DNA from: Polyangiales bacterium
Lineage (GTDB): Bacteria; Myxococcota_A; Polyangia; Polyangiales; Ga0077539
Assembly: GCA_044229975.1 (NCBI GenBank)
Contig: JBGARZ010000002.1
Span: forward strand, 96,001-160,000
Direction: 5' to 3'
DNA: 64,000 bases
Positions 1 to 8,762 of the stretch are shown piece after piece. Numbering within the stretch: position 1 is the first letter of the stretch; every line of letters starts with the position of its first letter. The notes under the pieces are model-generated. The model saw only the letters and a program-made list of their open reading frames with translations. It did not search any database and was not told the DNA's origin. Both the position numbers and the translations under genes were made by a program.

Positions 1-1432
1 CGGGCGACGCGCCGTAGACGTGGTGTAGTTGCCTCGCGACCTTGCCGAGCAGCTCGTCAGGCATGCCGAGCGCTCGACCAACTTCGCGGATCGCGCTGCG
101 CCCGCGGTAGGTGATGGTGTTGGCGGTCATCGCCGCGTGCCGCGCCCCGTACTTCTCGAAGACGTACTGGATCGCCTTCTCGCGCTTGTCGCCGCTGGGC
201 AGGTCGAGGTCGATGTCGGGCCAGTCGCCGCGCTCCTTCGAGAGAAAGCGCTCGAAGAGCAGGTTGATGGTTCCGGGTTGGATGGCGGTGATGCCGAGGC
301 AGAAGCACACCACGCTGTTGGCCGCCGACCCCCTGCCCTGCACCAGGATGTCGCTCGCGCGGCAGAATTTGATGATGTCGTGGACGATGAGGAAGTACCC
401 AGGGAAGCCGAGCTCTTTGATGAGCGCGAGCTCCTTCTCGATCTGCGGGAGCCACTCGTCGTAGGTGCCCTTCAATCGCTCGCGCGCACCGGTGAGGGTG
501 AGCTCGCGGAGCATCCGGTTCTCCGCGTCAACGTCGCCGCCGGTGAACGAGGGCAGCGAGTATCTGAGGTCCTTCAGCGTGAACGCGCAGCGCGCGGCGA
601 GCGCCTGGGCGTTGAGCAGCGCCTCAGGCAGATCATCGAAGCGTTCTTTCTGCACCATCTCCGGTTGCAGGTGCCAGCCGTGGTGCGGGAGCAGTTTCTT
701 CCCTGCGCGCTCGACCGTCGTGCGCTCGCGGATGCACGCGAACACGTCGTGCAGCCGCGCGTCCCCCTCGACGGCGTAGCGGACGTCGCCCGTCGCGACG
801 GTCGCGATACGCAGGTGGCGCGCGAGGTCGACGAGCCGTTGGGTGCGACGCTCCTCGGGTCGGTGGTCGTGGCGCGTGAGCTCGACGTAGGTGTCGCCGC
901 GCCCGAAGACGCCGACGATCGTCGTGGCCCACTGGAGGACGGCGTCGCGGTCGAAGCGGCGGAGGGCGAGCCGTGAGAGAGGAGGATCAGCGGCGGTGAG
1001 CACCGCCAGGAGGTCGCCGCGGTGAAGGGCGAGCTCTTCGGGCGTGACGGAGGCGTAGCCCTCGCGCGCCTCCTCCTTGGTGACGCGCGACTTGGCGATC
1101 GTCACCAAAGCGCAGAGGTTCTGGTAGCCGAGGCGTGAGGTGACGAGGAGCGCCAGGCGGCCGTCGGGTGGTTTGTCGCGGAGCTTCTTCTGGCGGTCGT
1201 CGTCGCGGGGCCAGCGCACCGCGAGGTTGACGCCGAAGATGGGGCGGAAGGTCTTCTCGTCGTGCTTGCTGGCCTCGGCCTGGAAGCGCGCCGCCCCGCT
1301 CACTCCGTCGCGGTCGATGAGCGCGAGTGAGGGAATGCCCAGCTCCACCGCGCGCGTAACGAGCGCCTCGGGTGAAGACGACCCGCGCAGGAAGCTGAAC
1401 GCGCTGATGGCGTGGAGTTCGGGCAGCGGCAC
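1..1432 (-). CDS. dnaE2: Error-prone DNA polymerase III alpha subunit DnaE2 (ImuC), 5' part; runs off the left edge
   Basis: Manual translation (absent from ORF track): GTG at 1432, VPLPELHAISAFSFLRGSSSPEALV..LALIDRDG (PHP domain), GRGSAANSVVCFCLGIT, LLFERFLSKERGDWPDIDLD. GSAANS and the SAFSFL start are typical of DnaE2. Confidence 0.92.
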   Translation of the reverse strand, partial: MPLPELHAISAFSFLRGSSSPEALVTRAVELGIPSLALIDRDGVSGAARFQAEASKHDEKTFRPIFGVNLAVRWPRDDDRQKKLRDKPPDGRLALLVTSRLGYQNLCALVTIAKSRVTKEEAREGYASVTPEELALHRGDLLAVLTAADPPLSRLALRRFDRDAVLQWATTIVGVFGRGDTYVELTRHDHRPEERRTQRLVDLARHLRIATVATGDVRYAVEGDARLHDVFACIRERTTVERAGKKLLPHHGWHLQPEMVQKERFDDLPEALLNAQALAARCAFTLKDLRYSLPSFTGGDVDAENRMLRELTLTGARERLKGTYDEWLPQIEKELALIKELGFPGYFLIVHDIIKFCRASDILVQGRGSAANSVVCFCLGITAIQPGTINLLFERFLSKERGDWPDIDLDLPSGDKREKAIQYVFEKYGARHAAMTANTITYRGRSAIREVGRALGMPDELLGKVARQLHHVYGASP

Positions 1433-1444
1433 CGCCCGACGGTA

Positions 1445-1460
1445 CGGAACATCCGATCAG
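1445..1460. promoter_or_regulatory. Putative LexA (SOS) box upstream of dnaE2
   Basis: Minus strand CTGATCGGATGTTCCG, 12 bp before the GTG; resembles the myxobacterial CTGAAC-N4-GTTCAG type box and the box before imuA. Confidence 0.6.
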
Positions 1461-1492
1461 TCCCGCAAGCGGTCCCGAGACGTCGGGGACAT

Positions 1493-4400
1493 CTACACGT
1501 TGATGAGGTCGAAGAGCTTGTCCGCCAGCGGGCGGTTCAACACCTTCAGGCTCTTGTAGACGTCCTGCGCGCTGTTCCAGTCGCCCGACCGGTACAGGCA
1601 CTCGCCCAGGTCGAACTGCAACTGCGCGTCGTTGGGCGTCTGCCGCGACGCCCGCCGCAGCGGGTCGACCGCCTCCTTGAAGCGCCCGGTCTTCTTGTAC
1701 GCGAGCCCGAGGCCGCGGTGCGCCGACGGCGCGTCGGGCGACGATTGCAGCACCCGCCGAAACGCCTTGATCGAGTCCTCGTCGCGACCGAGCTGACCCA
1801 TCAACAGCGCCGCCGCGAGGTGCGAGTCCACGTCGTCGGGCTTCAAGCGAATGGCGTTCTGGTACGCCTCTACGGCGTCTTGCAGCCGCCCGCTCTCGGC
1901 CAGCATGTACCCGAGGCCCGCCTGGAGCGTCGGGTCGCGCGGGTCGAGGCGCGCCGCGTTTTCCACGTGCGCGAGGGCGTCCTCCCCTTGGCCCTTCTGC
2001 CGCAGCGCGAGGCCCAGCGAGTAGTGCGCGTGCGCCATGTCGGGCTTCAACCTCACGGCCTCCCGCAGCGCCTCCACCGCCTCGTCGGGCTTCTCGACGT
2101 ACATGCTCAGCACGCCGAGCTTCTGGTGCGCCTCGGCCGACTGCGGGCGCAGCCGGACCGCCCGCTTGCACGCGTCCGCCGCGTCCAGCCATCGCCCCAT
2201 GCGCTCGTAGGTGAGCGCGAGGTTCCACAGCGCGTCGGCGTGGTCGGGGCGGTACCGCACGGCCTGCCGCAGCGACTCCGACGCGTCCTCCATGCGACCG
2301 AGCTCGGCGTAGCTGCGCGCGATGCCCAGCAGCGCGTCGATGAGGTCGGCCTTGATGCCGAGCGCGCACTCAAACGCCGTCACCGCGTCGGAGTGATGAC
2401 CCGCGTTTCCATAGAGGTTGCCGAGCGCCGTCCACGCGTCGGAATGATTGCGGTCGAGGTCGATGCACGCGCGAAACGCCTCGCCCGCCTCGGGGTAGCG
2501 ACCGACGTCGCGCAGCACCTCGCCGAGCGCGAAGCGCAGCGGAGCCTCGCGGGGCAGCAGCTCCACCGCGTGCTGGAGGGCGGCCTCGGCCTCGGGCAAG
2601 CGATCGAGCTGCTTGCTCGCGAGCGCCAGCAGTCGGTACGAGTCCGCGTGGTCGGGGTTGATGCGGATGGCCTCGCGCAAGGGAGGCAGCGCCGCCTCGT
2701 AGCGGCCGAGCGCCACCGAGACCGCACCGTAGCCGCGGTGGGCCGCGCCGTCGTGCGCGTCGAGGGCGAGCGCGCGCTGGAAGATCTCGGCGGCCTCGGC
2801 GTTCATCCCGGCGGCCTGGTAGGTCTCGCCGAGGACGCGGTACGCGAGCGCCTGGCGCGGGTCGAGGCGGATGGCCTGCCCCAGCGAGTCGACGGCCTCC
2901 TGTCCGCGACCGAGCTTCGCGTAGAGAACTCCCAGCTCAAGATGGGCGCGCGCGTCGTTGGGCCGCAGTCGTAGCGCCTGGCGGAAGCGCTCGATGGCCT
3001 CCTGGTCGCGTCCGAGGTCACGCGCCACGGCGCCGAGCGAGACATACGCGTCGGGGCTGTCGGGCCGCAGCCGCGCGAGCTGCCGGTACGCTGCCGCGGC
3101 CTCCTGGGGCATCTCCAGCGCGCGGTAGGTGTTGCCGAGCGCGTCGTAGGCCTCGGCGAAGTCGGTCTGGATGACCGTGGCCTGGCGGAAGTTTTCGACG
3201 GCCGCGCGGCGGTCGCCGAGGCGCTCGCGCATGAGGCCGAGGTGGTAGTGCGCTTCGGCGTATTCGGGCTTCTGCTCGACGGCCTGACGGAAGTACCCGA
3301 GGGCTTCTTCCCAGCGCTGGCCGCGCTCCAACGCGAGGCCGAGGAAGTAGAGCCCCTGCGGCTCTTCGGGCTTGCGGTCGACGGCCTTGCGGAGGCTCTC
3401 CAGCGCTTCGTCACCGCGGCCGAGGCGCTCCAGCGCGATGCCGTGGTTGCGCTGCGAGTCCATGTCGTTGGGGTCGAGCCAGACGGCCTGCTCGAACGCA
3501 TCGACCGCGTCCTGGTAGCGCTCGATCTCCAGGAACACCGACCCCAGCGCCGCGTGCAGCACGGGGTTGTTGGGCTGGAGCTTCACGCCTTGCTGGAAGG
3601 CCTTGATGGCCTCGTCGGGGCGGTCGATGCGGCGGTAGGCGACGCCGAGGTTGTAGTGCCCGTCGGGGTGATCGGGCTTCACCTTCACGGCGCGCAGGAG
3701 ACCTTCGATGGCCTCGTCTTTTCGATCGAGCGAGAGCAGCGCGGCGCCGAGTCGATGGAGCGTCTCGGGGTGGTCCTTGCGGAGGGTGAGCGCGCTCTTG
3801 AACTGGTCGACGCCGTCCTGGTAGCGCGTCGTGGTGACGTAGGTGACGCCGAGCTGAACGATCGCGTCGAAGTAGTCGCCGCGCAGCTTGATGGCCTCGC
3901 GGAAGGCCTCGACGGCTTCGACCTGTCGGCTGAGACCGGCGTAGACCTTGGCGAGCTCGAAGTGCGACTCGGGGTAGTCGGGCCGCAGCTTGATGGCCTT
4001 GCGAAAGGCCTCGATGGCGGCGTCGGGCTTGTCGATGGCAGCGCAGACCTCGCCGAGCGCGTGCAGCGAGTCCGGGTGGTTGGTGCGCAGCCGCGTCGAC
4101 TGGCGCAGCGACTCCTCGGCCTGGATGAGGTTGCCCAGCGCGCGCTCGTGCAGGCCCAGCGTGTAGTGGAACTCCGCCTCTTCCGGTTGCAGCCGGATGG
4201 CGTCGCGCACCGCCTTGGCCGCTTCGGGGATGCGCCCGAGGTCTTTGTAGACGATGCCCAGGTGGTTGTAGCCGGGGGCGCAGTTGGGATCGATGTGGAC
4301 GGCCTGTTCGAGGGCCTCGACGGCCTCCTGCATGGAGCCGACGGCGGCGCACGACACGCCGAGGCCGACGCGCAGGAGCGGCTGGTCGGGGGCGCGCTTG

Positions 4401-5269
4401 ATGGCCTCGCGGAAGGCGCTCACGGCGTCGGAGTGTTTGCCGAGCGCCTGCGCGGCGTAGGCGACGCCGGCGTGTCCCTCGACGCGCTCGGGGGCGACGC
4501 GGACGACCTCGTGAAACGACCCGAGGGCGAGCTCGTGGCGCCCGAGGCGGGCGGCGAGGTTGGCGGCGGCGAGGTGCGCTTCGAGGCGGTTGGGATCGGC
4601 CGCGACGCAGGTGCGCCACGTCGCGAGGGCGTCGTCGACCCGGTTGGTGTTTTCGAGGGAGACGCCGAGGCGGAAGAGGTCGTCGGGGGTGGCGGGCTCG
4701 ATCTTCGAGAGGTGGTCGAAGGTCTTGACGGCGTCGTTGTCGCGCTTGGCGCCGTGGTAGGCCCACGCGAGGTTGCGGATGATCTCGGCCTCGCCGGGGC
4801 GCAGCTCGTTGGCGCGTTCGAGGTAGGGGATGGCCTCGGCGAAGGCGCGGGCGCGGACGTAGACGAAGCCCACCTCGGAGACCGCGGCGGCGTAGTCGGG
4901 CTTGACCTTGAGGGCCTGGCGAAACGACGCGCTGGAGTCGTCCCACTGCGCGAGCTTCGCCTGCACCTGACCGAGGCGGTACCAGCTCTCGGCGTGCTCG
5001 GGCTTGAGGCGTGCGCCCTCCTTGAGCGCCGGGGCGGCGGCGGCGAAGTCCTCCTTGGCCATGTGGTCGAGGCCGAGGTTGAAGTGCCCGTCAGCGAGGT
5101 TGGGGTCGATGGCGATGACCCGCTTGTGGGCGACGATGGCCTCGTCGAGGCGCCCCGCCTGGCGGTAGAGGTTGCCCAGCCGGTTGCGCTGAAACGGGTC
5201 GTTGGGACGGATCATCAACGCCGTCTTGGCCTGCTCGATCTGCTCCGCCAACCGCTGCTGCTCGCTCAT
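1493..5269 (-). CDS. Giant tetratricopeptide-repeat protein (1258 aa, about 35 TPRs)
   Basis: Continuous 34-aa TPR periodicity (A..NLG..Y...G...EA...F..A....P) from MSEQQRL to the C-terminus; start re-picked at ATG 5269. Confidence 0.9.
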   Translation of the reverse strand: MSEQQRLAEQIEQAKTALMIRPNDPFQRNRLGNLYRQAGRLDEAIVAHKRVIAIDPNLADGHFNLGLDHMAKEDFAAAAPALKEGARLKPEHAESWYRLGQVQAKLAQWDDSSASFRQALKVKPDYAAAVSEVGFVYVRARAFAEAIPYLERANELRPGEAEIIRNLAWAYHGAKRDNDAVKTFDHLSKIEPATPDDLFRLGVSLENTNRVDDALATWRTCVAADPNRLEAHLAAANLAARLGRHELALGSFHEVVRVAPERVEGHAGVAYAAQALGKHSDAVSAFREAIKRAPDQPLLRVGLGVSCAAVGSMQEAVEALEQAVHIDPNCAPGYNHLGIVYKDLGRIPEAAKAVRDAIRLQPEEAEFHYTLGLHERALGNLIQAEESLRQSTRLRTNHPDSLHALGEVCAAIDKPDAAIEAFRKAIKLRPDYPESHFELAKVYAGLSRQVEAVEAFREAIKLRGDYFDAIVQLGVTYVTTTRYQDGVDQFKSALTLRKDHPETLHRLGAALLSLDRKDEAIEGLLRAVKVKPDHPDGHYNLGVAYRRIDRPDEAIKAFQQGVKLQPNNPVLHAALGSVFLEIERYQDAVDAFEQAVWLDPNDMDSQRNHGIALERLGRGDEALESLRKAVDRKPEEPQGLYFLGLALERGQRWEEALGYFRQAVEQKPEYAEAHYHLGLMRERLGDRRAAVENFRQATVIQTDFAEAYDALGNTYRALEMPQEAAAAYRQLARLRPDSPDAYVSLGAVARDLGRDQEAIERFRQALRLRPNDARAHLELGVLYAKLGRGQEAVDSLGQAIRLDPRQALAYRVLGETYQAAGMNAEAAEIFQRALALDAHDGAAHRGYGAVSVALGRYEAALPPLREAIRINPDHADSYRLLALASKQLDRLPEAEAALQHAVELLPREAPLRFALGEVLRDVGRYPEAGEAFRACIDLDRNHSDAWTALGNLYGNAGHHSDAVTAFECALGIKADLIDALLGIARSYAELGRMEDASESLRQAVRYRPDHADALWNLALTYERMGRWLDAADACKRAVRLRPQSAEAHQKLGVLSMYVEKPDEAVEALREAVRLKPDMAHAHYSLGLALRQKGQGEDALAHVENAARLDPRDPTLQAGLGYMLAESGRLQDAVEAYQNAIRLKPDDVDSHLAAALLMGQLGRDEDSIKAFRRVLQSSPDAPSAHRGLGLAYKKTGRFKEAVDPLRRASRQTPNDAQLQFDLGECLYRSGDWNSAQDVYKSLKVLNRPLADKLFDLINV

Positions 5270-5361
5270 CGATCCCCTCGGGAAACGGGTGTTCCGCTCG
5301 TCACGCGGCGCGATGATCGCCAGTGCGCCCGCTCCTGTCCATTCCGACGTGCGCCCGACGG

Positions 5362-6162
5362 TCAGCGCCGCGCAAAGGCCCGCTGCGCGGCGTCGTCGAC
5401 GAGCTCGCCCGCCGGGGTCGACGCGATCACTGCGGGGGCGTAGCCGCTCTCGACGGCGAGGATGTCGACGGCGGTCCCTGTCACGCGGAGACGGAGGCGC
5501 CACGCGCGCCAAGCGATGTGCCGGTCGCCGTCGGGGAGCGCCTCGATGCGGCGGTAGGGGTGCGGCGTGGCGTCGCGGCGCAGGACGTCTTCGAGGGGCG
5601 CGAGGTCGACGGCGTGATCGGTCCAGAGCCAGTCGCGCTGCTCGGCGGCGAGCGGTGACCATGTGACGGTGTTGGGGAAGGCGCTGCCGTCACGCTCGGC
5701 GCGGACGAGGTCGTCGATCCATCCGGCGCGCGCGTCAGGGTGGGCTTCGACGCTGGGGTGGTAGGGCTTGAGATCAAGCACGGGCGTGCCGTCGAGCAGG
5801 TCGACGTCGGCGACGCGGAGGGTGAGGCCGCGCACGTCGAGCAGGCGAACAAGCGAGAGACCGAGCGGATTGGGACGATGGGGCGAGCGCGTGGCGAAGA
5901 CGCCGCGGCGCACGCGCGGGCCGCGTGGAGGCAGCACCATCGGGCGCCAGTTGCGGGCGCGGTCGAACCACGTGATGAGCCAGAGGCGGTCCATGCCGGC
6001 GAGGTCGCGCAGGGCCTCGCGGATGCCGGGCGCGGGGTGGAGCTCGACGAGGGCCTCGCGCTCGGCGGGCGCGGCGCCGGGCTGACGCGGGGTGCGCGCG
6101 AGGTGATCGTGGGCGGAGCGCACGACGCCGATGGGGCGCAGGGTGATGGGGACATCGGTCAT
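5362..6162 (-). CDS. trmO: tRNA m6t6A37 methyltransferase TrmO (TsaA)
   Basis: LRPIGVVRS..TPRQP, RRGVFATRSPHRPNPLGLS, DLLDGTPVLDLKPY; start 6162 or 6198. Confidence 0.9.
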   Translation of the reverse strand: MTDVPITLRPIGVVRSAHDHLARTPRQPGAAPAEREALVELHPAPGIREALRDLAGMDRLWLITWFDRARNWRPMVLPPRGPRVRRGVFATRSPHRPNPLGLSLVRLLDVRGLTLRVADVDLLDGTPVLDLKPYHPSVEAHPDARAGWIDDLVRAERDGSAFPNTVTWSPLAAEQRDWLWTDHAVDLAPLEDVLRRDATPHPYRRIEALPDGDRHIAWRAWRLRLRVTGTAVDILAVESGYAPAVIASTPAGELVDDAAQRAFARR

Positions 6163-6268
6163 CGGGCGGGTGTTGGCCGTGGGCACGATCGCGGTCATGC
6201 GCGCTTCGGTCGTGGGCGCCGAGACTATGTCTTCTCCGTGATCCTTCGGGTAGGTTCGCTCGCACCCG

Positions 6269-6982
6269 ATGATGAACCCTCCCAACGGTCCCCTTCCTTC
6301 CTCGACTCCTTCCGCCAGCAGCGCCCTCCTCACCGCCGCCCTCGGCGGGCTGCTCTGCTTCACCGCCTCGTGCAGCTCCCAGGCGATCGCTCCCGCGTCG
6401 GACTCGGGTGCAGGCGCCGATACGGGCGCCAGTGTCGATGGCGGCACGGTGGTCGACACGGGCACCGGGCGCGACGCGGGTACTGCGACCGATACGCCAG
6501 TGACGTCGACGGATGTCGTTGTGGCGACCGACACGCCCGTCACCGCGACCGACACGCCCGTCACCGCGACGGACGTCGTCGCTGCCACCGACACGCCCGT
6601 CACCTCGACTGACACGCCGGTCGCCACCGATACGCCCGTCACTCCGACCGACGCCGGCTCCGCGATCGACGCGACGACCGCCGCTGACGCGACCACCGCG
6701 CCCGATGTGCAGCCTGATGTTCCGCTCATCGTGCGCGACGCGGGCTGTGACGTCGCGGCCGATCGGGTGGTCGCCTCCCGCGACGCGGGCATCGGCGGCA
6801 TGAGCCTCACGGTCTTCGTCGCGCGCTGCAACGCGGCGGGCGGCTTCGTGGAGATTCACCCCCACTGCGGCGGCGCCAATTCCTGCGCGGGCTTCTCCTA
6901 CGACCAGACGACGGACACCTTCTCCGAGCACAACTGCGCGACCCTCAACACCTGCACCGGCTACACCTGCGTTCTTCCCTGA
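6269..6982 (+). CDS. Putative lipoprotein with Thr/Asp/Pro/Val linker and Cys-rich C-terminal domain; candidate MNIO (DUF692) precursor/substrate
   Basis: Hydrophobic stretch ending in lipobox-like FTAS-C; TDTPV repeats; C-terminal CNAAGG..HPHCGGANSCAG..EHNCATLNTCTGYTC; converges on DUF2063/DUF692 genes. Confidence 0.7.
   Translation: MMNPPNGPLPSSTPSASSALLTAALGGLLCFTASCSSQAIAPASDSGAGADTGASVDGGTVVDTGTGRDAGTATDTPVTSTDVVVATDTPVTATDTPVTATDVVAATDTPVTSTDTPVATDTPVTPTDAGSAIDATTAADATTAPDVQPDVPLIVRDAGCDVAADRVVASRDAGIGGMSLTVFVARCNAAGGFVEIHPHCGGANSCAGFSYDQTTDTFSEHNCATLNTCTGYTCVLP
6487..6654 (+). repeat. Intragenic tandem repeats (about 21-bp unit, TDTPVT[A/S])
   Basis: Repeated accgacacgcccgtcacc; two exact adjacent copies of gcgaccgacacgcccgtcacc plus several degenerate copies. 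Confidence 0.85.
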
Positions 6983-6991
6983 CGAGCCCGA

Positions 6992-7846
6992 TCAGCTCGT
7001 AGCGAGCCCCGTCCACATCCCCCGCGCGACTCCTTGCGCGAGCCATCGCTGGGCGTTGCCCGGTAGCGCCGCCCGCTCCGCCTCCGAACCCCCCGCCTCC
7101 AGCCGCGCGAGCGCCTCGCGCACCGGGTGCTCCCGCAACAGCATCAGCAGCTCCGCTTCGCGCGCTTCGAGCGCGAGCTGACGGATGCCTGCCACCTCGC
7201 GGACGAGCACCCACCAGCGCAGCTGCGGCAGGCGCTCGGGCACCGCCACCCGCGTCTCTCCGCGCGCCGCCGCCGCGACGCCTCGCAGTGCCAACAAGGG
7301 CCAACGCTCCACGACGATGGCCGTCGCGGGTGAGCTTTCGAGGCGCGCGTCGAGCAGGCGTGCCGCATCCGCCGCGCTCGGAACAAACGGCACCGTCGCG
7401 GGCGCGCGGAAGATGATCCGCCAGGCAGCATCGAGCCGTGCCGCGTCGAGCAGCACGTCGCGGAGCGGGTGCTCGCCGATGGACTCCGCGAGGAAGTCCT
7501 CGAAGCCGTCGGGGGCGCGGTCGAGGTCCCAGTGACGCGGCGGGTGTGCGAGCAGGAAGCGCGCGGAGTGCTCGTTGAAGTGCCAGTGACCGAGCAGCCG
7601 CGACGTCAGCGGAAACGCCGTCTGCAACACCCCGAAGAGCCGAAACCAGTACTGCCGGTTGTAGACCGCGAGCCGGTCGGCGGCGATGGCGCGTGGCCCG
7701 TCCATCGCCTCGGCGAGAGCGCCCGGGTCGTACGCCGTGGGCGTCGCGCGCAGCGTGTTGGTGCTGCGATCGAGTGGCGTGCGGATCACCGACCCAAAGC
7801 GCTCCTGCATCTCCGCGAGCCACGGCGGCGGTTCGCGGCCGCTCAC
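6992..7846 (-). CDS. DUF2063 family MNIO partner protein (HvfC/BufC-like)
   Basis: RLAVYNRQYWFRLFGVLQTAFPLT..LG...F, ARFLLAHPP..WDL, DAARLDAAW; overlaps the DUF692 stop (GTGA). Confidence 0.85.
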   Translation of the reverse strand: MSGREPPPWLAEMQERFGSVIRTPLDRSTNTLRATPTAYDPGALAEAMDGPRAIAADRLAVYNRQYWFRLFGVLQTAFPLTSRLLGHWHFNEHSARFLLAHPPRHWDLDRAPDGFEDFLAESIGEHPLRDVLLDAARLDAAWRIIFRAPATVPFVPSAADAARLLDARLESSPATAIVVERWPLLALRGVAAAARGETRVAVPERLPQLRWWVLVREVAGIRQLALEAREAELLMLLREHPVREALARLEAGGSEAERAALPGNAQRWLAQGVARGMWTGLATS

Positions 7847-8682
7847 GCGCGGGCCTCACGGGCCTTGGCGAGCTCGGCGAGCACCTCGGGCATCGGCGGG
7901 ATGCGGTCGTCCCACTCCAGCAGCGTCGGGAAGGGGCCGCCGTGCTTCCAGGCGTGCGCGTACAGCGCCCACACCGCATCCGGAACCGGGTGGTCGTGCG
8001 TGTCGACGAGCGTCCCGTCGGGCTCGCGCGTGTGCCCCGCGAGGTGCACCTGGAGCACGCGCGAGTAGTCGACGGCGCGCAGGTACTCGTGCGGGTCGAA
8101 GCCGTGGTTCTGGCTCGACACGTAGACGTTGTTGACGTCGAGCATCGACCAGCAGCCCGCCTCGCGGACCACCGCTGCGTAGAAGTCCCACTCGCTCATG
8201 GTCGAGCGGCCGAACTCCACGTAGCTCGACAGGTTCTCGATGCCGAAGGGGCGACCGAGGCGCCGCTGAACGTGGTGCGCCCGCTCGGCGGCGAGCTCGA
8301 CGAGCTCGGGGGTGTACGGTGTCGGCAGGAGGTCGTGGTGCGACACGCCGTGGGCGCCCGTCCAGCACAGGTGGTCGGTGACGAAGGGCGCGTCGACGTG
8401 GTCGGCGAGGCGGCAGAGCGCGTCGAGGTACGCCTCGTCGAGCGGGGCGTGGCCGAGCAGGTTGAGGCCGACGCCGTGCAGCACCACGGGGTAGCGCGCG
8501 CGCACCGCGTCGAGGCGCGCGCGCGGGGGGAGCGCGGGGCCGAGGAAGTTCTCGCTGATGACCTCGAAGTACCCGACCGCGGGCCAGTGCTCGAAGAGGT
8601 AGGGGTAGTGGGCGAGCCGCAGTCCGAGCCCGAGGGCGTCGCGCGGGAGCGTGCTCGATGGTCCGGTCACGGGGCCGACCAT
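7843..8682 (-). CDS. DUF692 multinuclear non-heme iron oxidative enzyme (MNIO; MbnB/TglH/ChrH/BufB family)
   Basis: GLGLR, EVISENF, HGVGLNL, DHLCW, HDLLP, ENLSSY, LDVNNVYVS, HLAGH, DTH, LLEWD; ATG 8682 preceded by GGAGG. Confidence 0.95.
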   Translation of the reverse strand: MVGPVTGPSSTLPRDALGLGLRLAHYPYLFEHWPAVGYFEVISENFLGPALPPRARLDAVRARYPVVLHGVGLNLLGHAPLDEAYLDALCRLADHVDAPFVTDHLCWTGAHGVSHHDLLPTPYTPELVELAAERAHHVQRRLGRPFGIENLSSYVEFGRSTMSEWDFYAAVVREAGCWSMLDVNNVYVSSQNHGFDPHEYLRAVDYSRVLQVHLAGHTREPDGTLVDTHDHPVPDAVWALYAHAWKHGGPFPTLLEWDDRIPPMPEVLAELAKAREARA

Positions 8683-8762
8683 AGCGCCTCCCTTGGGCGT
8701 TGCGGTGCGCCGCGCGGCCGTGGAATCCTCTCCGCCCGACCCCGTGGCCGCCGGAACCCGAT

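Noticed and set aside
29..5443. Long plus-strand ORFs (29-976, 1412-2974, 3242-5443) and similar antisense ORFs across the window
   Set aside because: Shadow frames of real genes in high-GC DNA; Arg/Gly/Ala-rich with no motifs.
6238..6266. Possible ECF sigma promoter (GTGATC..CGCA) before the Cys-rich lipoprotein
   Set aside because: Match too weak to support by eye, and no similar motif seen before the DUF692 gene.
6487..6654. Short direct repeats resembling a CRISPR array
   Set aside because: In-frame coding repeats without unique spacers; no cas genes.
5270..6831. Long N-terminal extensions in the ORF track (TPR to 5662, trmO to 6831; likewise rlmD to 50040, asparaginase to 61064, SGNH to 42027)
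   Set aside because: They overlap neighbouring genes and lack homology; true starts are downstream, so these are not fusions.
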